The translations under genes and the position numbers were made by a program. 64,000 nucleotides of DNA from Nevskiaceae bacterium (GTDB lineage: Bacteria > Pseudomonadota > Gammaproteobacteria > Nevskiales > Nevskiaceae), in NCBI GenBank assembly GCA_035650495.1, contig DASRHK010000026.1, forward strand, positions 9,856 through 73,855, given 5' to 3'. Of this stretch, positions 43,083-55,945 are shown piece after piece (positions within the stretch are counted from its first letter, which is position 1; each line of letters starts with the position of its first letter). The notes under the pieces were generated by a model, which saw only the letters and a list, made by a program, of their open reading frames with translations, did no database searches and was not told the DNA's origin.

Positions 43083-43112
43083 GGGGAAACTTCGCGAGCC
43101 GATTTTACGCCG

Positions 43113-43406
43113 CTAGCCCGCCGGCTTCGGCGTCGGCTCGCTCGGCATCGGAGGCGGACGGTCCAGGCACTCGATCTTCTCCTCGCCCTTCGCGTCCTTC
43201 ACCTTGCGGCCGTACGGGACGGCCTCGCCGCTCGCCGGCGGGATCTTGAGCGCGGCGTTGGATTCGGGAATCTTCAGCCCTTCGACCGGCTGCAGCGGCG
43301 GCACCGACTTCGCGTGCGTGTACGGCTGATCGCCGAGGCAATAGCTGTGGCTCGCGCATCCGCACAGCAGCGCCGCGCTCGCGGCGATCGCAAACGATCT
43401 CGACAT
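43113..43406 (-). CDS. small lipoprotein downstream of dapA (in the BamC/NlpB position but much shorter)
   Basis: MSRSFAIAASAALLCGC lipobox. The ATG overlaps the dapA stop (ATGA). Confidence 0.65.
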   Translation of the reverse strand: MSRSFAIAASAALLCGCASHSYCLGDQPYTHAKSVPPLQPVEGLKIPESNAALKIPPASGEAVPYGRKVKDAKGEEKIECLDRPPPMPSEPTPKPAG

Positions 43407-44284
43407 CAAAGCGCTCCAGCCGCGCGCAACGCTTGGCGCACGGTTTCGTAATGTTCTTTCGCCAGGGGCACCAGCGGCAGGCGGATGCCCTCGCCGATCT
43501 TCTTCATCTGCTGCAAGGCCCACTTTGCAGGAATCGGGTTCGGCTCGACGAACAGGTGCTTGTGCAGCCCGGCCAGCTTGGCGTCGATCGCCTCGGCCTT
43601 TGCGCGATCGCCTTGCATCGCCGCGGCGCACATCTCGTGCATCAAGCGCGGCGCGACGTTCGCGGTGACGGAGATGTCGCCGACGCAACCCATCAGGATC
43701 GATTCGCGCGCGGTGGCGTCGTCGCCCGACAGCAGCGCAAAGTCCTTCTTCATCTTGAGATCGATCAGCTCGCGGATGCGCGAGAGCTCACCCTTCGCTT
43801 CTTTCAGCCCGACGACGTTCTTGATCTGCGCGAGTCGCGCGACGGTCGCGGGCAGCATGTCGCAGCCGGTGCGGCCGGGCACGTTGTAGAGGATGATCGG
43901 GATGTCGACCGATTCCGCGATCTTCTTGTAATGCTGGTAGAGGCCTTCCTGCGGCGGCTTGTTGTAGTACGGCGTGACCAGGAGACAGGCGTCGACACCG
44001 GCGCCTTTCGCAGCTTCGGTGAGCTCGATCGCTTCCGTCGTCGAATTCGCGCCGGTGCCGCCGATCACCGGGACTCTTTTTTGCGAGAGCTCGACGATGC
44101 GCCGGATCACTTCGATGTGCTCGTCGACGCCGAGCGTCGCCGACTCGCCGGTGGTCCCCACCGCGACGATCGCGTCGGTCCCTTCGGCAATGTGCCACTC
44201 GACGAGGCCGGCGAGGCTGTCGAAGTCGACAGCGCCGTCCGGGTACATGGGAGTGACCAGCGCGACGATGCTGCCGGTGATCAT
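43406..44284 (-). CDS. dapA: 4-hydroxy-tetrahydrodipicolinate synthase
   Basis: GSIVALVTPM, AVGTTGES, LLVTPYYNKP, ILYNVPGRTG. Confidence 0.95.
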   Translation of the reverse strand: MITGSIVALVTPMYPDGAVDFDSLAGLVEWHIAEGTDAIVAVGTTGESATLGVDEHIEVIRRIVELSQKRVPVIGGTGANSTTEAIELTEAAKGAGVDACLLVTPYYNKPPQEGLYQHYKKIAESVDIPIILYNVPGRTGCDMLPATVARLAQIKNVVGLKEAKGELSRIRELIDLKMKKDFALLSGDDATARESILMGCVGDISVTANVAPRLMHEMCAAAMQGDRAKAEAIDAKLAGLHKHLFVEPNPIPAKWALQQMKKIGEGIRLPLVPLAKEHYETVRQALRAAGAL

Positions 44285-44369
44285 GCGAGGCGTTTTGGCG
44301 TCGAACAGGGGCTTTGCGGGGCGCAAGTATACCGCCTAAACTTCCGCCCAAAATCCGCTGCCCCCAAGA

Positions 44370-44918
44370 ATGTCGTCCTCCTCCAAGAACGAGAACACGC
44401 TCGCCATTGCGGTCCTGGCGGGACATCGCGCCCAATTGCCCCTGGAGTTGTTCAAGGCGATCCGGGAGCGCGGCTGCGAGGTGGAGGACTGCCGCATCGC
44501 GCCGATCGGCGACCAGATGGCGGCGAGCTTCCTCGTCTCCGGCAACTGGAGCGCGCTCGGCCGGCTCGAGACGGCCCTGCCGGGCCTCGCGGAGAAGCTC
44601 GGCCTGCAGGTGCAGTTCTCGCGCAGCGAACCGCGCACGCAGAACGCCGAATACCGTCCCTACGCCGGCGAAGTGATCGCGCCCCAGCAGAAGGACCTGC
44701 TCGTCCACATCCTGGAATTCTTCCAGGGCCAGGATGTCGAGGTGGCGGAGATCTCCACGCAGAAGTACCAGTCCACCCACACCGGTGCGGGGATGTGCAG
44801 CGTGCAGATGGTGCTGCACGTGCCGGTCAACCAGCATCCCCAGGCGCTGCGCGAATCGTTCATGGATTTGTGCGACGATCTCAACGCCGACGGCATGCTC
44901 GATCCGATCAAGACATGA
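44370..44918 (+). CDS. gcvR: glycine cleavage system transcriptional repressor (tandem ACT domains)
   Basis: Two ACT-like halves. Conserved position divergent from dapA and upstream of bcp, as in enterobacteria. Confidence 0.75.
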   Translation: MSSSSKNENTLAIAVLAGHRAQLPLELFKAIRERGCEVEDCRIAPIGDQMAASFLVSGNWSALGRLETALPGLAEKLGLQVQFSRSEPRTQNAEYRPYAGEVIAPQQKDLLVHILEFFQGQDVEVAEISTQKYQSTHTGAGMCSVQMVLHVPVNQHPQALRESFMDLCDDLNADGMLDPIKT

Positions 44919-44928
44919 GAACTGTTTG

Positions 44929-45378
<450 letters not shown>

Positions 45379-45449
45379 CCTTGGCAAAAGAAGCTTCTCC
45401 CTCCCCCAAGCCGGCCGACCATGCATCGGTCGCGCCGCAATCCGGTGCG

Positions 45450-46859
45450 ATGAAAAAGAAAATCTTCGTCCTCGACACCAACGTGCTGCTGCACGATCCC
45501 TCGAGCCTGTTCCGGTTCGAGGAGCACGACCTGTTCGTCCCGATGGTGGTGCTCGAGGAGCTCGACGCCGCCAAGAAAGGCACGAGCGAAATCTCGCGCA
45601 ACGCGCGCCAGGTCAGCCGATTCCTCGACGAGCTGATGAAGGACAAGGATCACGCGCAGATCGAGCACGGGCTGCAGCTGCCGGCCTCGCAGCTCGGCAG
45701 CGCCGCGACCGACAAGCCCGCGTCGGGCCGTCTCTATTTCCAGACCAAGCCGCCCGACGCGTCGCTGCCGCCGCTGATGCCCGGCAACAAGCCGGACAAC
45801 TCGATCCTCGTCACCGCGCTCGGACTGCAGGGCGAGCATCCCGGCCGCAAGATCACGCTGGTGTCGAAAGACATCAACCTGCGCATCAAGGCCGCGATCG
45901 TCGGCGTCCACACCGAGGATTACTACAACGACCAGGTCCTCGACGATCTCAAGCTCCTGCCGACCGGCTACGCCACCCTGCCGCCGGAGTTCTGGCAATC
46001 GCACGGCGAAGGCATGGAGTCGTGGCAGGACGACGGCGGCCACGCGCGCTATCGCGTGAAGGGTCCGCTGGTGAAGGATTTCTATCCGAACGAATTCCTG
46101 TCGCTCGCCGACGAGTCCGAGCGCGGGCTCGAGCTGCGCGTCACCGCGCGCAACGGCAATGCCGCCGAGCTCGAAGTGACGCGCGACTATCGCGAAGGCA
46201 AGTCGGCGGTCTGGGGCATCCACGCCAAGAACCGCGAGCAGAATTTCGCGCTCAATCTGTTGATGGATCCGGACGTCGACTTCGTCACGCTGCTCGGCGC
46301 TGCCGGCACCGGCAAGACGCTGCTGACGCTCGCGGCGGGGCTGGCGCAGACGCTCGACGAGCCGAAGTACCGCGAGATCATCATGACGCGCGTCACCGTG
46401 CCGCTCGGCGAGGACATCGGCTTCCTGCCCGGCACCGAAGAGGAAAAGATGACGCCGTGGATGGGCGCGCTGATGGACAACCTCGAAGTGCTGACGCAGA
46501 CGAGCGAGGCCGGCGATTGGGAGCGCGCCGCGACCAACGAATTGCTGGCGAAGCGCATCAAGATCCGCTCGCTCAACTTCATGCGCGGCCGCACGTTCCT
46601 CAACCGCTTCATCATCATCGACGAGGCGCAGAACCTGACGTCGAAGCAGATGCGCACGATGATCACGCGCTGCGGGCCGGGCACCAAGATGGTCTGCCTC
46701 GGCAACCTCGCGCAGATCGACACGCCTTATCTTTCGGAGACGACGTCGGGGCTCACCTTCGTCGTCGACCGCTTCCGCGGCTGGGCGCACGGCGGGCATG
46801 TCACGCTCGCGCGCGGCGAGCGCTCGCGGCTGGCGGCGCACGCGTCGGACATCCTGTGA
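45450..46859 (+). CDS. PIN domain + PhoH-like ATPase (PhoH2/YlaK family)
   Basis: PIN: FVLDTNVLLHDP...VLEELD. PhoH: LLGAAGTGKTLLTLA (Walker A), FIIIDEAQNLT (Walker B). An alternative start at 45381 is possible. Confidence 0.9.
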   Translation: MKKKIFVLDTNVLLHDPSSLFRFEEHDLFVPMVVLEELDAAKKGTSEISRNARQVSRFLDELMKDKDHAQIEHGLQLPASQLGSAATDKPASGRLYFQTKPPDASLPPLMPGNKPDNSILVTALGLQGEHPGRKITLVSKDINLRIKAAIVGVHTEDYYNDQVLDDLKLLPTGYATLPPEFWQSHGEGMESWQDDGGHARYRVKGPLVKDFYPNEFLSLADESERGLELRVTARNGNAAELEVTRDYREGKSAVWGIHAKNREQNFALNLLMDPDVDFVTLLGAAGTGKTLLTLAAGLAQTLDEPKYREIIMTRVTVPLGEDIGFLPGTEEEKMTPWMGALMDNLEVLTQTSEAGDWERAATNELLAKRIKIRSLNFMRGRTFLNRFIIIDEAQNLTSKQMRTMITRCGPGTKMVCLGNLAQIDTPYLSETTSGLTFVVDRFRGWAHGGHVTLARGERSRLAAHASDIL

Positions 46860-46866
46860 GCGGTTC

Positions 46867-47205
46867 ATGAGTTTCCTGGGAAAACTGGTGGGCGGCGTGA
46901 AAGACACTGCACTCGGCGTCTCGCTGAAGTCCTTCCTGAACGAGCGCTTCGCCGACTACGGCGACGTGCTCGACTGCGAAGTCGACACCAAGTCCAATCG
47001 CGTGCAGGTGCACGTCAAGCTGCGCGGCGAGCGCGAGCCGATCACCGCCGCGATCGAGAAATACGAGATCAAGGACACGTCCGAAGGCCGCGTCGTCGTG
47101 CTGCACAAATTCTCGACGTCGCGCGAGTGGATCACCAAGCTCCTCACGCGGATCTTCTCCGGCAAGCAGTACAAATTGCCGGGCGCGGTCGCGAAACTGC
47201 TCTGA
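46867..47205 (+). CDS. hypothetical small protein
   Basis: 112 aa with high GC3. ATG lies 7 nt after the phoH2 stop. No recognisable motif. Confidence 0.5.
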   Translation: MSFLGKLVGGVKDTALGVSLKSFLNERFADYGDVLDCEVDTKSNRVQVHVKLRGEREPITAAIEKYEIKDTSEGRVVVLHKFSTSREWITKLLTRIFSGKQYKLPGAVAKLL

Positions 47206-47218
47206 ACGCTACGAAGCC

Positions 47219-47980
47219 GTGACCGCGCAGCTCGCCGGTCTCCTCGGCTTCGCCTTCCTCGCGGGATTCATCGACTCCGTCGCCGGCGGCGGCGGGCTCA
47301 TCCAGGTCCCTGCTCTCTTCATCCTGATGCCCGGCACCGAGGCGGCGACGCTGCTCGGCACCAACAAGTGCGCGAGCATCTGGGGAACGCTCTCCGCGAC
47401 GATCCAGTACTCGCGGCAAGTGCCGATGATCTGGCGCTCGGTGCTGCCGACGTGCGTCGGCGCGCTCATCTTCGGCTTCCTCGGCGCGCGCACTGTCGCG
47501 CACGTGCCGAGCGACTTCATGCGGCCGGCGGTCCTCGTGCTGCTCGTCGCGGTGCTGATCTACACGCTGTGGCGGAAAAACTTCGGCCAGCTGCACGCGC
47601 CGAAGCTCTCGCACTCGGAGCAGTTCTGGGTCGGGCTCGCGACCGGCGCGGCGCTCGGCTTCTACGACGGCTTCTTCGGCCCCGGCACCGGCAGCTTCCT
47701 GATCTTCGCGTTCATCGGCCTGTTCGGGTTTTCGTTCCTCGCGGCGTCCGCATCCGCGAAAGTCGTCAACGTGATCACCAATCTCGCGGCGCTGATCTAT
47801 TTCGTCGCGGCCGGTCACGTGCTGTACGACGTCGCTGCGCCGATGGCGGTGTGCAACGTCGCCGGCTCGCTCGTCGGATCGCATCTCGCGATCCGCAAGG
47901 GGAGCGCGTTCGTGCGGACCATCTTCATCGTCGTCGTGAGCGCATTGATCCTGCGCTTCGCGATCGACCTGATCTCTTAG
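47219..47980 (+). CDS. TauE/SafE (DUF81) family anion exporter membrane protein
   Basis: GFIDSVAGGGGLIQVPAL, repeated in the second half (GFYDGFFGPGTGSF). GTG start. Confidence 0.85.
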   Translation: MTAQLAGLLGFAFLAGFIDSVAGGGGLIQVPALFILMPGTEAATLLGTNKCASIWGTLSATIQYSRQVPMIWRSVLPTCVGALIFGFLGARTVAHVPSDFMRPAVLVLLVAVLIYTLWRKNFGQLHAPKLSHSEQFWVGLATGAALGFYDGFFGPGTGSFLIFAFIGLFGFSFLAASASAKVVNVITNLAALIYFVAAGHVLYDVAAPMAVCNVAGSLVGSHLAIRKGSAFVRTIFIVVVSALILRFAIDLIS

Positions 47981-48912
47981 GCGCGGTCGGAATCGAACGC
48001 GATCGCGCTCGCGACGCTGGGCAAGCCGAGCTTCAGCATCAGCAGCCGATCGATCCCGAGCGCGACGCCGGCGCATTGCGGCATGCCTGACGCGAGCGCG
48101 TCGATGAGATGCGCGTCATACGGCGGCACGACCTTGCCCTGCTCTCTGCGCCACGCCTGATCGGCCTCGAAGCGTCTGCGCTGCTCGGCTGCGTCCGTCA
48201 GCTCGTGGAATCCGTTCGCGAGCTCGATGCCTTTCCAGAACAGCTCGAAGCGCTCTGCCACCGGAGGATCGTCATCGCGCACGCGCGCGAGCGCAGCCTG
48301 CGACGCAGGAAAGTCGTAAAGGAACGTCGGCTCTTGCAGGGCCGGAGCGACGAGGATCGACATCGCGACGTCGAGCCACGCATCCCATTCGCTCAACGAT
48401 TCCGGCAACGTGATGCACGCCGCGTCGAACGCGTGACGCGCGGCGTCGCGGTCCTCGATGAAAGGATCGAATCGCGCGTGCCGCAGGAACGCTTGTCGAT
48501 AAGTGAGACTCTCGATCTTCTTCGACTGCGGCACCAGCGCCGAGAACAGACCCTCGACCTCGTCCATGAGCTGCCAGTGATCCCAGCCCGGGCGATACCA
48601 CTCGAGCATGGTGAACTCGGGATTGTGATGGCGGCCCGCCTCGTCGACGCGGAAGACGTGGCAGAGCTGATAGATCGGCCCGCTGCCGGCGGCGAGCAGG
48701 CGCTTCATCGCGAATTCGGGCGACGTGTGCAGCCAGCGATCGTCCGGCGAGACGGCGAAGCTGTCGATGTGGCGATCGACCGTCGCGCGCCGCGACAGGA
48801 TCGGCGTGTCGACTTCCATCACGCCGCGCGCTGAAAAAAAAGCGCGGACGGAGGCCAGAAGCTCCGCCCGCGCCTTGAGCGTCTCGAGCGTGGCGCTGGG
48901 GCGCCAGCTCAT
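47977..48912 (-). CDS. epmA: EF-P-lysine lysyltransferase (PoxA/GenX)
   Basis: Class II aaRS-like motifs: VDTPIL, LHTSPEFAMKRLL, CHVFR..E.GRHHNPEFTMLEWY, GVALGIDRLLM. Confidence 0.92.
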   Translation of the reverse strand: MSWRPSATLETLKARAELLASVRAFFSARGVMEVDTPILSRRATVDRHIDSFAVSPDDRWLHTSPEFAMKRLLAAGSGPIYQLCHVFRVDEAGRHHNPEFTMLEWYRPGWDHWQLMDEVEGLFSALVPQSKKIESLTYRQAFLRHARFDPFIEDRDAARHAFDAACITLPESLSEWDAWLDVAMSILVAPALQEPTFLYDFPASQAALARVRDDDPPVAERFELFWKGIELANGFHELTDAAEQRRRFEADQAWRREQGKVVPPYDAHLIDALASGMPQCAGVALGIDRLLMLKLGLPSVASAIAFDSDRA

Positions 48913-48916
48913 CGGA

Positions 48917-49486
48917 TTATTTTCCGGCGCGCGCCAGGTATTCCGCGGTGCGCGTGTCGACCTTGATCAGCTCGCCGATCTGCACGAACAGCGGCACGCG
49001 GACGACCGCGCCGGTCTCGAGCGTCGCGGGCTTGCCGCCGCCGCCGGAGGTGTCGCCGCGCAGGCCCGGGTCGGTCTCGGTGATCTTGAGGACGACGGTG
49101 TTCGGAGCCGAGACCGACAAGGGAACGCCGTTCCACAGCAGTACGCGGCAGGTCTCCTCGCCCTTCAGCCACTTCGCGGCGTCCTCGCAGGCAACCTTGC
49201 CGGCCTGGATCTGCTCGTAGGTGGCGGGGTTCATGAAGTGCCAGAACTCGCCGTCGTTATAGAGGTACTGCATGTCCACTTCCTCGATATCGGCGGACTC
49301 CAGCGTGTCGCCCGACTTCAGCGTGCGCTCGAGCACGCGGCCGTTCTTGAGGTTGCGGATCTTGATGGTGTTGGTGGCCTGGCCCTTGCCGGGCTTGCGG
49401 TACTCGTTGTCGATCACCGAGTACGGCTCGCCGTCGATCAGGACCTTGGTCCCGGACTTCATTTCGTTGGTGCTGACTGAACTCAT
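48917..49486 (-). CDS. efp: elongation factor P
   Basis: [16 protein letters not shown]...KPGKGQA (modifiable Lys), and ...[12 protein letters not shown]. Confidence 0.95.
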   Translation of the reverse strand: MSSVSTNEMKSGTKVLIDGEPYSVIDNEYRKPGKGQATNTIKIRNLKNGRVLERTLKSGDTLESADIEEVDMQYLYNDGEFWHFMNPATYEQIQAGKVACEDAAKWLKGEETCRVLLWNGVPLSVSAPNTVVLKITETDPGLRGDTSGGGGKPATLETGAVVRVPLFVQIGELIKVDTRTAEYLARAGK

Positions 49487-49568
49487 GTCGATTTCTTGTT
49501 GAAATAACGGGCGAGCCCCGAGGTTTTCACTAGGGTCGCGCCGCTGGGGGACGGTAAAATGGGCGCGA

Positions 49569-50603
49569 ATGATACCAAACCTTGCCCCGGAAACGGTGCG
49601 CCCGCTGCCCGTCTGGCAGCGCGCACTGCAGGACGCGTTCACGCGTCCGGCCGAGCTCCTCGACTTCCTCGGCATCGATCCGTCGCTGCCGATCTTGGAG
49701 CTCGCGCAGCGGCGCGCGTTCCCGCTGCGCGTGCCCCGCGGTTACGCTGCGCGCATGCGCAAAGGCGATCCGCGCGATCCGCTGTTCCTGCAGGTCTGGC
49801 CGTCGCCGCGCGAAGCGGACGTCGTCGAGGGCTTCAGCGAGGATGCGGTCGGCGATCTTGCGAAGCTCAAGGACGGCGGGCTGATCCAAAAATATGAAGG
49901 CCGCGCGCTGGTCGTCGCCACGGGCGCGTGCGGTGTGCACTGCCGCTTCTGCTTCCGCCGGCACTTCCCGTACAGCGACGCGCTCGCCTCCCGCGATCAC
50001 TGGCAGTCGGCGCTGAAGCAGATCGCGGCCGACCGCAGCATCTCGGAAGTGATCCTCTCCGGCGGCGATCCGCTCTCGCTCACCGACGACAAGCTCGCGG
50101 AGCTCACCGAAGCGCTCGAGTTCGTCGGGCACGTCAAGCGCCTGCGCATCCACACGCGCCAGCCGATCGTGCTGCCTGAGCGCGTCGACGAGGGACTGCT
50201 CTGCTGGCTCGCCCGCGGACGTCTGCAAAAAGTCATGGTAGTGCACGCCAACCACGCCAACGAGATCGACGCCGCAGTCGCGGCGGCGCTGCGGTCGATT
50301 CGCGATGCCGGCGTCACGGTCCTCAATCAATCCGTGCTGCTGCGCGGCGTCAATGACAACGTCGACGCCCAGCACGATCTCGCGGTGCGACTGTTTGAAT
50401 GCGGGGCGATGCCCTACTATCTGCACCTGCTCGATCGGGTCCAGGGAACGGCCCACTTCGAGGTACGCCCGGAGGAGGGCGCAAGCATCGTGCAGCAACT
50501 GTCCGCAAGATTGCCCGGCTATCTCGTGCCCAAGCTCGTGCGCGAAGAAGCTGGCGCGCCCGCGAAGACTCCGGTTCTCGGGCCGGCGGCGGTGCTGCCG
50601 TGA
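49569..50603 (+). CDS. epmB: EF-P beta-lysylation protein, lysine 2,3-aminomutase-like radical SAM
   Basis: [11 protein letters not shown] radical SAM motif, SGGDPL, YYLHLLD. Confidence 0.92.
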   Translation: MIPNLAPETVRPLPVWQRALQDAFTRPAELLDFLGIDPSLPILELAQRRAFPLRVPRGYAARMRKGDPRDPLFLQVWPSPREADVVEGFSEDAVGDLAKLKDGGLIQKYEGRALVVATGACGVHCRFCFRRHFPYSDALASRDHWQSALKQIAADRSISEVILSGGDPLSLTDDKLAELTEALEFVGHVKRLRIHTRQPIVLPERVDEGLLCWLARGRLQKVMVVHANHANEIDAAVAAALRSIRDAGVTVLNQSVLLRGVNDNVDAQHDLAVRLFECGAMPYYLHLLDRVQGTAHFEVRPEEGASIVQQLSARLPGYLVPKLVREEAGAPAKTPVLGPAAVLP

Positions 50604-52657
50604 ACACTGCGCGCAAGCCGGCCGCCGGACACGCCGCGAACCTGCTCATCCTGTGCGGGCTCGAGAACGACGCGCGGCAGCTCGAGAGCTATTTGCGCAA
50701 CGCCGGCCACAACGTCCGCGCGCGCTGGATCGGCGAGATGAAGCAGCTCGAAGAGCAGCTGCAGACGAGCGCGCCCGACATGGTTCTCGTCGCCGACAGC
50801 GTGCGCGACGCCAAGCCCGCGGACGTCACCGAAATCTGCATCGGCACCTATCCCGAGCTGCCGGTGATCTGGCTCACCGAGCAGCCGCGCGCCGAGCTGT
50901 TGTCGGCCGCGCTCGGCCGCGGCGCGGCGGATGTGTGCTCGACCGCCTCGCCCGCCGACCTGAAGCATTTCGAGCGCGTGTTCGTGCGCGAGATCGCCGC
51001 GGTCGCGCGACGGCGCGAGCTCAACGAGCTGCGCAATCGCGTCGCGGCGGCGGAGACGCTGTCGCAGCAGCTGCTCATCGCCAATCCGGAAGCGCTCATC
51101 TACGTGCAGGAAGGCATCGTCACGCGCGCCAATCCCGCCTTCGCGCAACTGGTCGGCGCCGACAAGCCGGACGACGTGAGCGGTCATCCGCTGATGGACT
51201 ACATCGTGCCGGACAACCGCACCGCGGTGCGCCAGCATCTGAAGCACGTGACGCTCGGCCAGCTCGAAGGCGAGCAGGTGACGTTCGCGCTCGCCGGCAA
51301 GGAAGGCAAGAAAGTCGAAGTGCGCTCGCGCTGGAAGCGCACGACGCTCGACGGCGAGCCCGCGATCGAGCTGACCATGCGCAGCGACGCGCCGGTCGAG
51401 GCGAAATCCGGCGCCAAGCCCGCCGCCGGCGGCGGCGGGCCGGGTCGCATCACGTTCCTGAAGGCGCTCGCGGGGGAGCGTCCGCCGAACACCCAGCGCT
51501 ATCTGATGTTCCTCACGGTCGACGGCTTCCTGTCGATGGAGGAGCGCCTCGGCCTGCAGAGCGCGGAGGAGGCCGTGCTCGAGCTCATCGAATTCCTGGG
51601 ACGCCGGCTCGCCGGCGCTCGCGCGCTCTGCCGCTTCTCGACCGACGAGATCGCGGCGATGCTCGACTGCCCGCCCGACTTCGACGTCGAAGGCCTGATC
51701 TCGACGCTGGTCCGCGACGTCGCGGCCGAAGTCTTCCACACTTCGTTCCACGAAGCGCATCTGACCGTGACGGTGCTCGCCTTCCCGCTCGGGCAGGAGA
51801 ACGTCGACAGCGCGCTGCACGATCTGGTGCGCGAGGCGCGCAAGCAATCCAAGCAGGGCGGCAACAAGTCCGCGGTGCTCGGACCGGTCGCGAAGACCAA
51901 TCTCGCCGAGCGCGAGCTCGCGCGTCGCGCCGCACAGGTCAAGGCGGCGCTCGAGCACAACCAGCTGCGGCTCGCCTACCAGTCCATCGCGAGCCTCGAA
52001 GGCGACACGCGCCAGCACCAGGACGTGCTCGTGCGCATGATCGACAGCGAAGGCCAGGAGACGGTCGCCGCCGATTTCATCGCCGCGGCCGAGAAGCATG
52101 GCCTGATCCGCGCCGTGGATCGCTGGGTGGTCGCGCAGATCCTGACGCTGATCGGCGAGCGCAAGTCGGTCACCGACGCGCCGTCGATGTTCGTGCGCAT
52201 CTCGGAAGAGACGCTGCGCTTCGGCGACGAGTTCCTGACCTGGCTGCGCACCAAGCTGCAGGCGCGTCCGCTGAAAGCCGAGGAGCTCGTGTTCGAGCTG
52301 CCGGAATCGGTGCTGCAGAACCACGTCGCCAAGGGCAAGGAGTTCTGCGACGCGCTGCGCAAGCTCGGCGTCGAGATCTGCATCGGCTATTTCGGCGGTA
52401 GCCCGCAAGCGGAGCGCCTGCTCGAGACGATCCCCGCGCGCTACGTGAAGTTCCATCCGCAGTTCACGCAGCGCTTCGGCGATCCGGCGATGCAGAAGCG
52501 GCTCAACGCGCTGCTCACGGCGGTCAAGCCGAAGAACATCAAGACCATCTGCTCGCACATCGAAGATGCGAATCAGATGGCGAAGCTCTGGCAGCTCGGG
52601 ATCAACTTCATCCAGGGCCGCAGGATTCAGGAGCCAGAGGTTCTGCGGCTTAGTTGA
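50600..52657 (+). CDS. REC-like / PAS / degenerate GGDEF / degenerate EAL protein (FimX-like candidate c-di-GMP receptor)
   Basis: RFSTDEI in place of RxGGDEF. YQSIASL...QDVLVR in place of YQPI...EALxR. ELPES, IGYFGG (for DDFGTG) and FIQGRR (for GQGY). The GTG at 50600 overlaps the epmB stop. Confidence 0.8.
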   Translation: MNTARKPAAGHAANLLILCGLENDARQLESYLRNAGHNVRARWIGEMKQLEEQLQTSAPDMVLVADSVRDAKPADVTEICIGTYPELPVIWLTEQPRAELLSAALGRGAADVCSTASPADLKHFERVFVREIAAVARRRELNELRNRVAAAETLSQQLLIANPEALIYVQEGIVTRANPAFAQLVGADKPDDVSGHPLMDYIVPDNRTAVRQHLKHVTLGQLEGEQVTFALAGKEGKKVEVRSRWKRTTLDGEPAIELTMRSDAPVEAKSGAKPAAGGGGPGRITFLKALAGERPPNTQRYLMFLTVDGFLSMEERLGLQSAEEAVLELIEFLGRRLAGARALCRFSTDEIAAMLDCPPDFDVEGLISTLVRDVAAEVFHTSFHEAHLTVTVLAFPLGQENVDSALHDLVREARKQSKQGGNKSAVLGPVAKTNLAERELARRAAQVKAALEHNQLRLAYQSIASLEGDTRQHQDVLVRMIDSEGQETVAADFIAAAEKHGLIRAVDRWVVAQILTLIGERKSVTDAPSMFVRISEETLRFGDEFLTWLRTKLQARPLKAEELVFELPESVLQNHVAKGKEFCDALRKLGVEICIGYFGGSPQAERLLETIPARYVKFHPQFTQRFGDPAMQKRLNALLTAVKPKNIKTICSHIEDANQMAKLWQLGINFIQGRRIQEPEVLRLS

Positions 52658-52771
52658 TCGGCGGTCCGGGCCGCGTCGAGGCTTTGCGGGACCGCCGTGA
52701 ATACGTCCATGTAGGCTACGGACGCGCCGTCCATGGCGCGTACGTTCCCGCAAATCCTCAACGCGTCCCGA

Positions 52772-53650
52772 TCATGCAGCAGCCTGAAGCCGCGCGATCC
52801 TCTGCTCGATCGGCGGGTGGCTCGCAAAGAGCTGACGCACGCCGCCGCCGTTGATCCCGAACGCGCTCATCTGTTGCGGCAGCGTGGAGGGATGCGCGGC
52901 GCCGAGGCGCTGGAGCGCGCTGATCATCTTGCGCTTGCCGGCCAGGTGCGCGCCGCCGGCGTCGGCGCGGTACTCGCGATACCGCGAGAACCAGGCGACG
53001 ATCATCGAGGCGAGGATGCCGAAGAGCATCTCGAGCACCATCACCGTGAAGAAGTAGCCGATGCCCGCGCCGCCGCGATTGTCGTCACGGCCGCCGCGCA
53101 GCGCGTTGTCGACGACGTAGCCGACGACGCGCGCCAGGAAGATCACGAAGGTGTTGAGCACGCCCTGGATCAGCGTGAGCGTGACCATGTCGCCGTTGGC
53201 GACGTGGCTGATCTCGTGGCCGAGCACGGCCTCGACCTCGTCCTGGTTCATGCTGTGCAGCAGGCCGGACGAAACCGCGACGAGCGCCTTGTTCTTGCTC
53301 ATGCCGGTCGCGAACGCGTTCATCTCGGGACCGTCGTAGATCGCGACTTCCGGCATGCCGATGTTGGCGCTTCGCGCCAGCCGCTGCACCGTCTGCAGCA
53401 GCCACGCTTCCGCGGAGCTCTGCGGCTGATCGATCACGCGCGCGCCGGTCGTCCACTTGGCGATCGACTTCGACATCGCGAGGGAGATGAACGCGCCGCC
53501 CATGCCGAAGATCGCTGCGAAGATCAGGAGCTGCTGGACGTTGAGGCCATTCGCGTAGAGCCAGCGGTCGGCACCGACGAGGTGCACCACGACCGACAGC
53601 ACCAGCATGACCGCGAGGTTCGTAGCGAGAAACAGCACGATGCGCTTCAT
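52772..53650 (-). CDS. htpX: zinc metalloprotease HtpX
   Basis: [12 protein letters not shown] (HExxH), four TM segments, and the typical HtpX C-terminus [12 protein letters not shown]. Confidence 0.95.
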   Translation of the reverse strand: MKRIVLFLATNLAVMLVLSVVVHLVGADRWLYANGLNVQQLLIFAAIFGMGGAFISLAMSKSIAKWTTGARVIDQPQSSAEAWLLQTVQRLARSANIGMPEVAIYDGPEMNAFATGMSKNKALVAVSSGLLHSMNQDEVEAVLGHEISHVANGDMVTLTLIQGVLNTFVIFLARVVGYVVDNALRGGRDDNRGGAGIGYFFTVMVLEMLFGILASMIVAWFSRYREYRADAGGAHLAGKRKMISALQRLGAAHPSTLPQQMSAFGINGGGVRQLFASHPPIEQRIARLQAAA

Positions 53651-53710
53651 AGACGTTTCAAATCCCCGGAACAGTCCTTACGGACCAAAGTGAGGGCTTT
53701 GACCAGAAAT

Positions 53711-55942
<2,232 letters not shown>

Positions 55943-55945
55943 GAC

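Noticed and set aside
42989-43112. Integrase, transposase or att-like repeat next to tRNA-Ser
   Set aside because: No recombinase-like ORF appears on either side, and no obvious duplicate of the tRNA 3' end was seen by eye in the window. Island status is therefore left as a hypothesis.
52658-52771. Possible terminator hairpins between the FimX-like gene and htpX (ggcggtcc...ggaccgcc)
   Set aside because: The 8-bp arms are separated by a 20-nt loop with no flanking T/A run, which is too weak to call.
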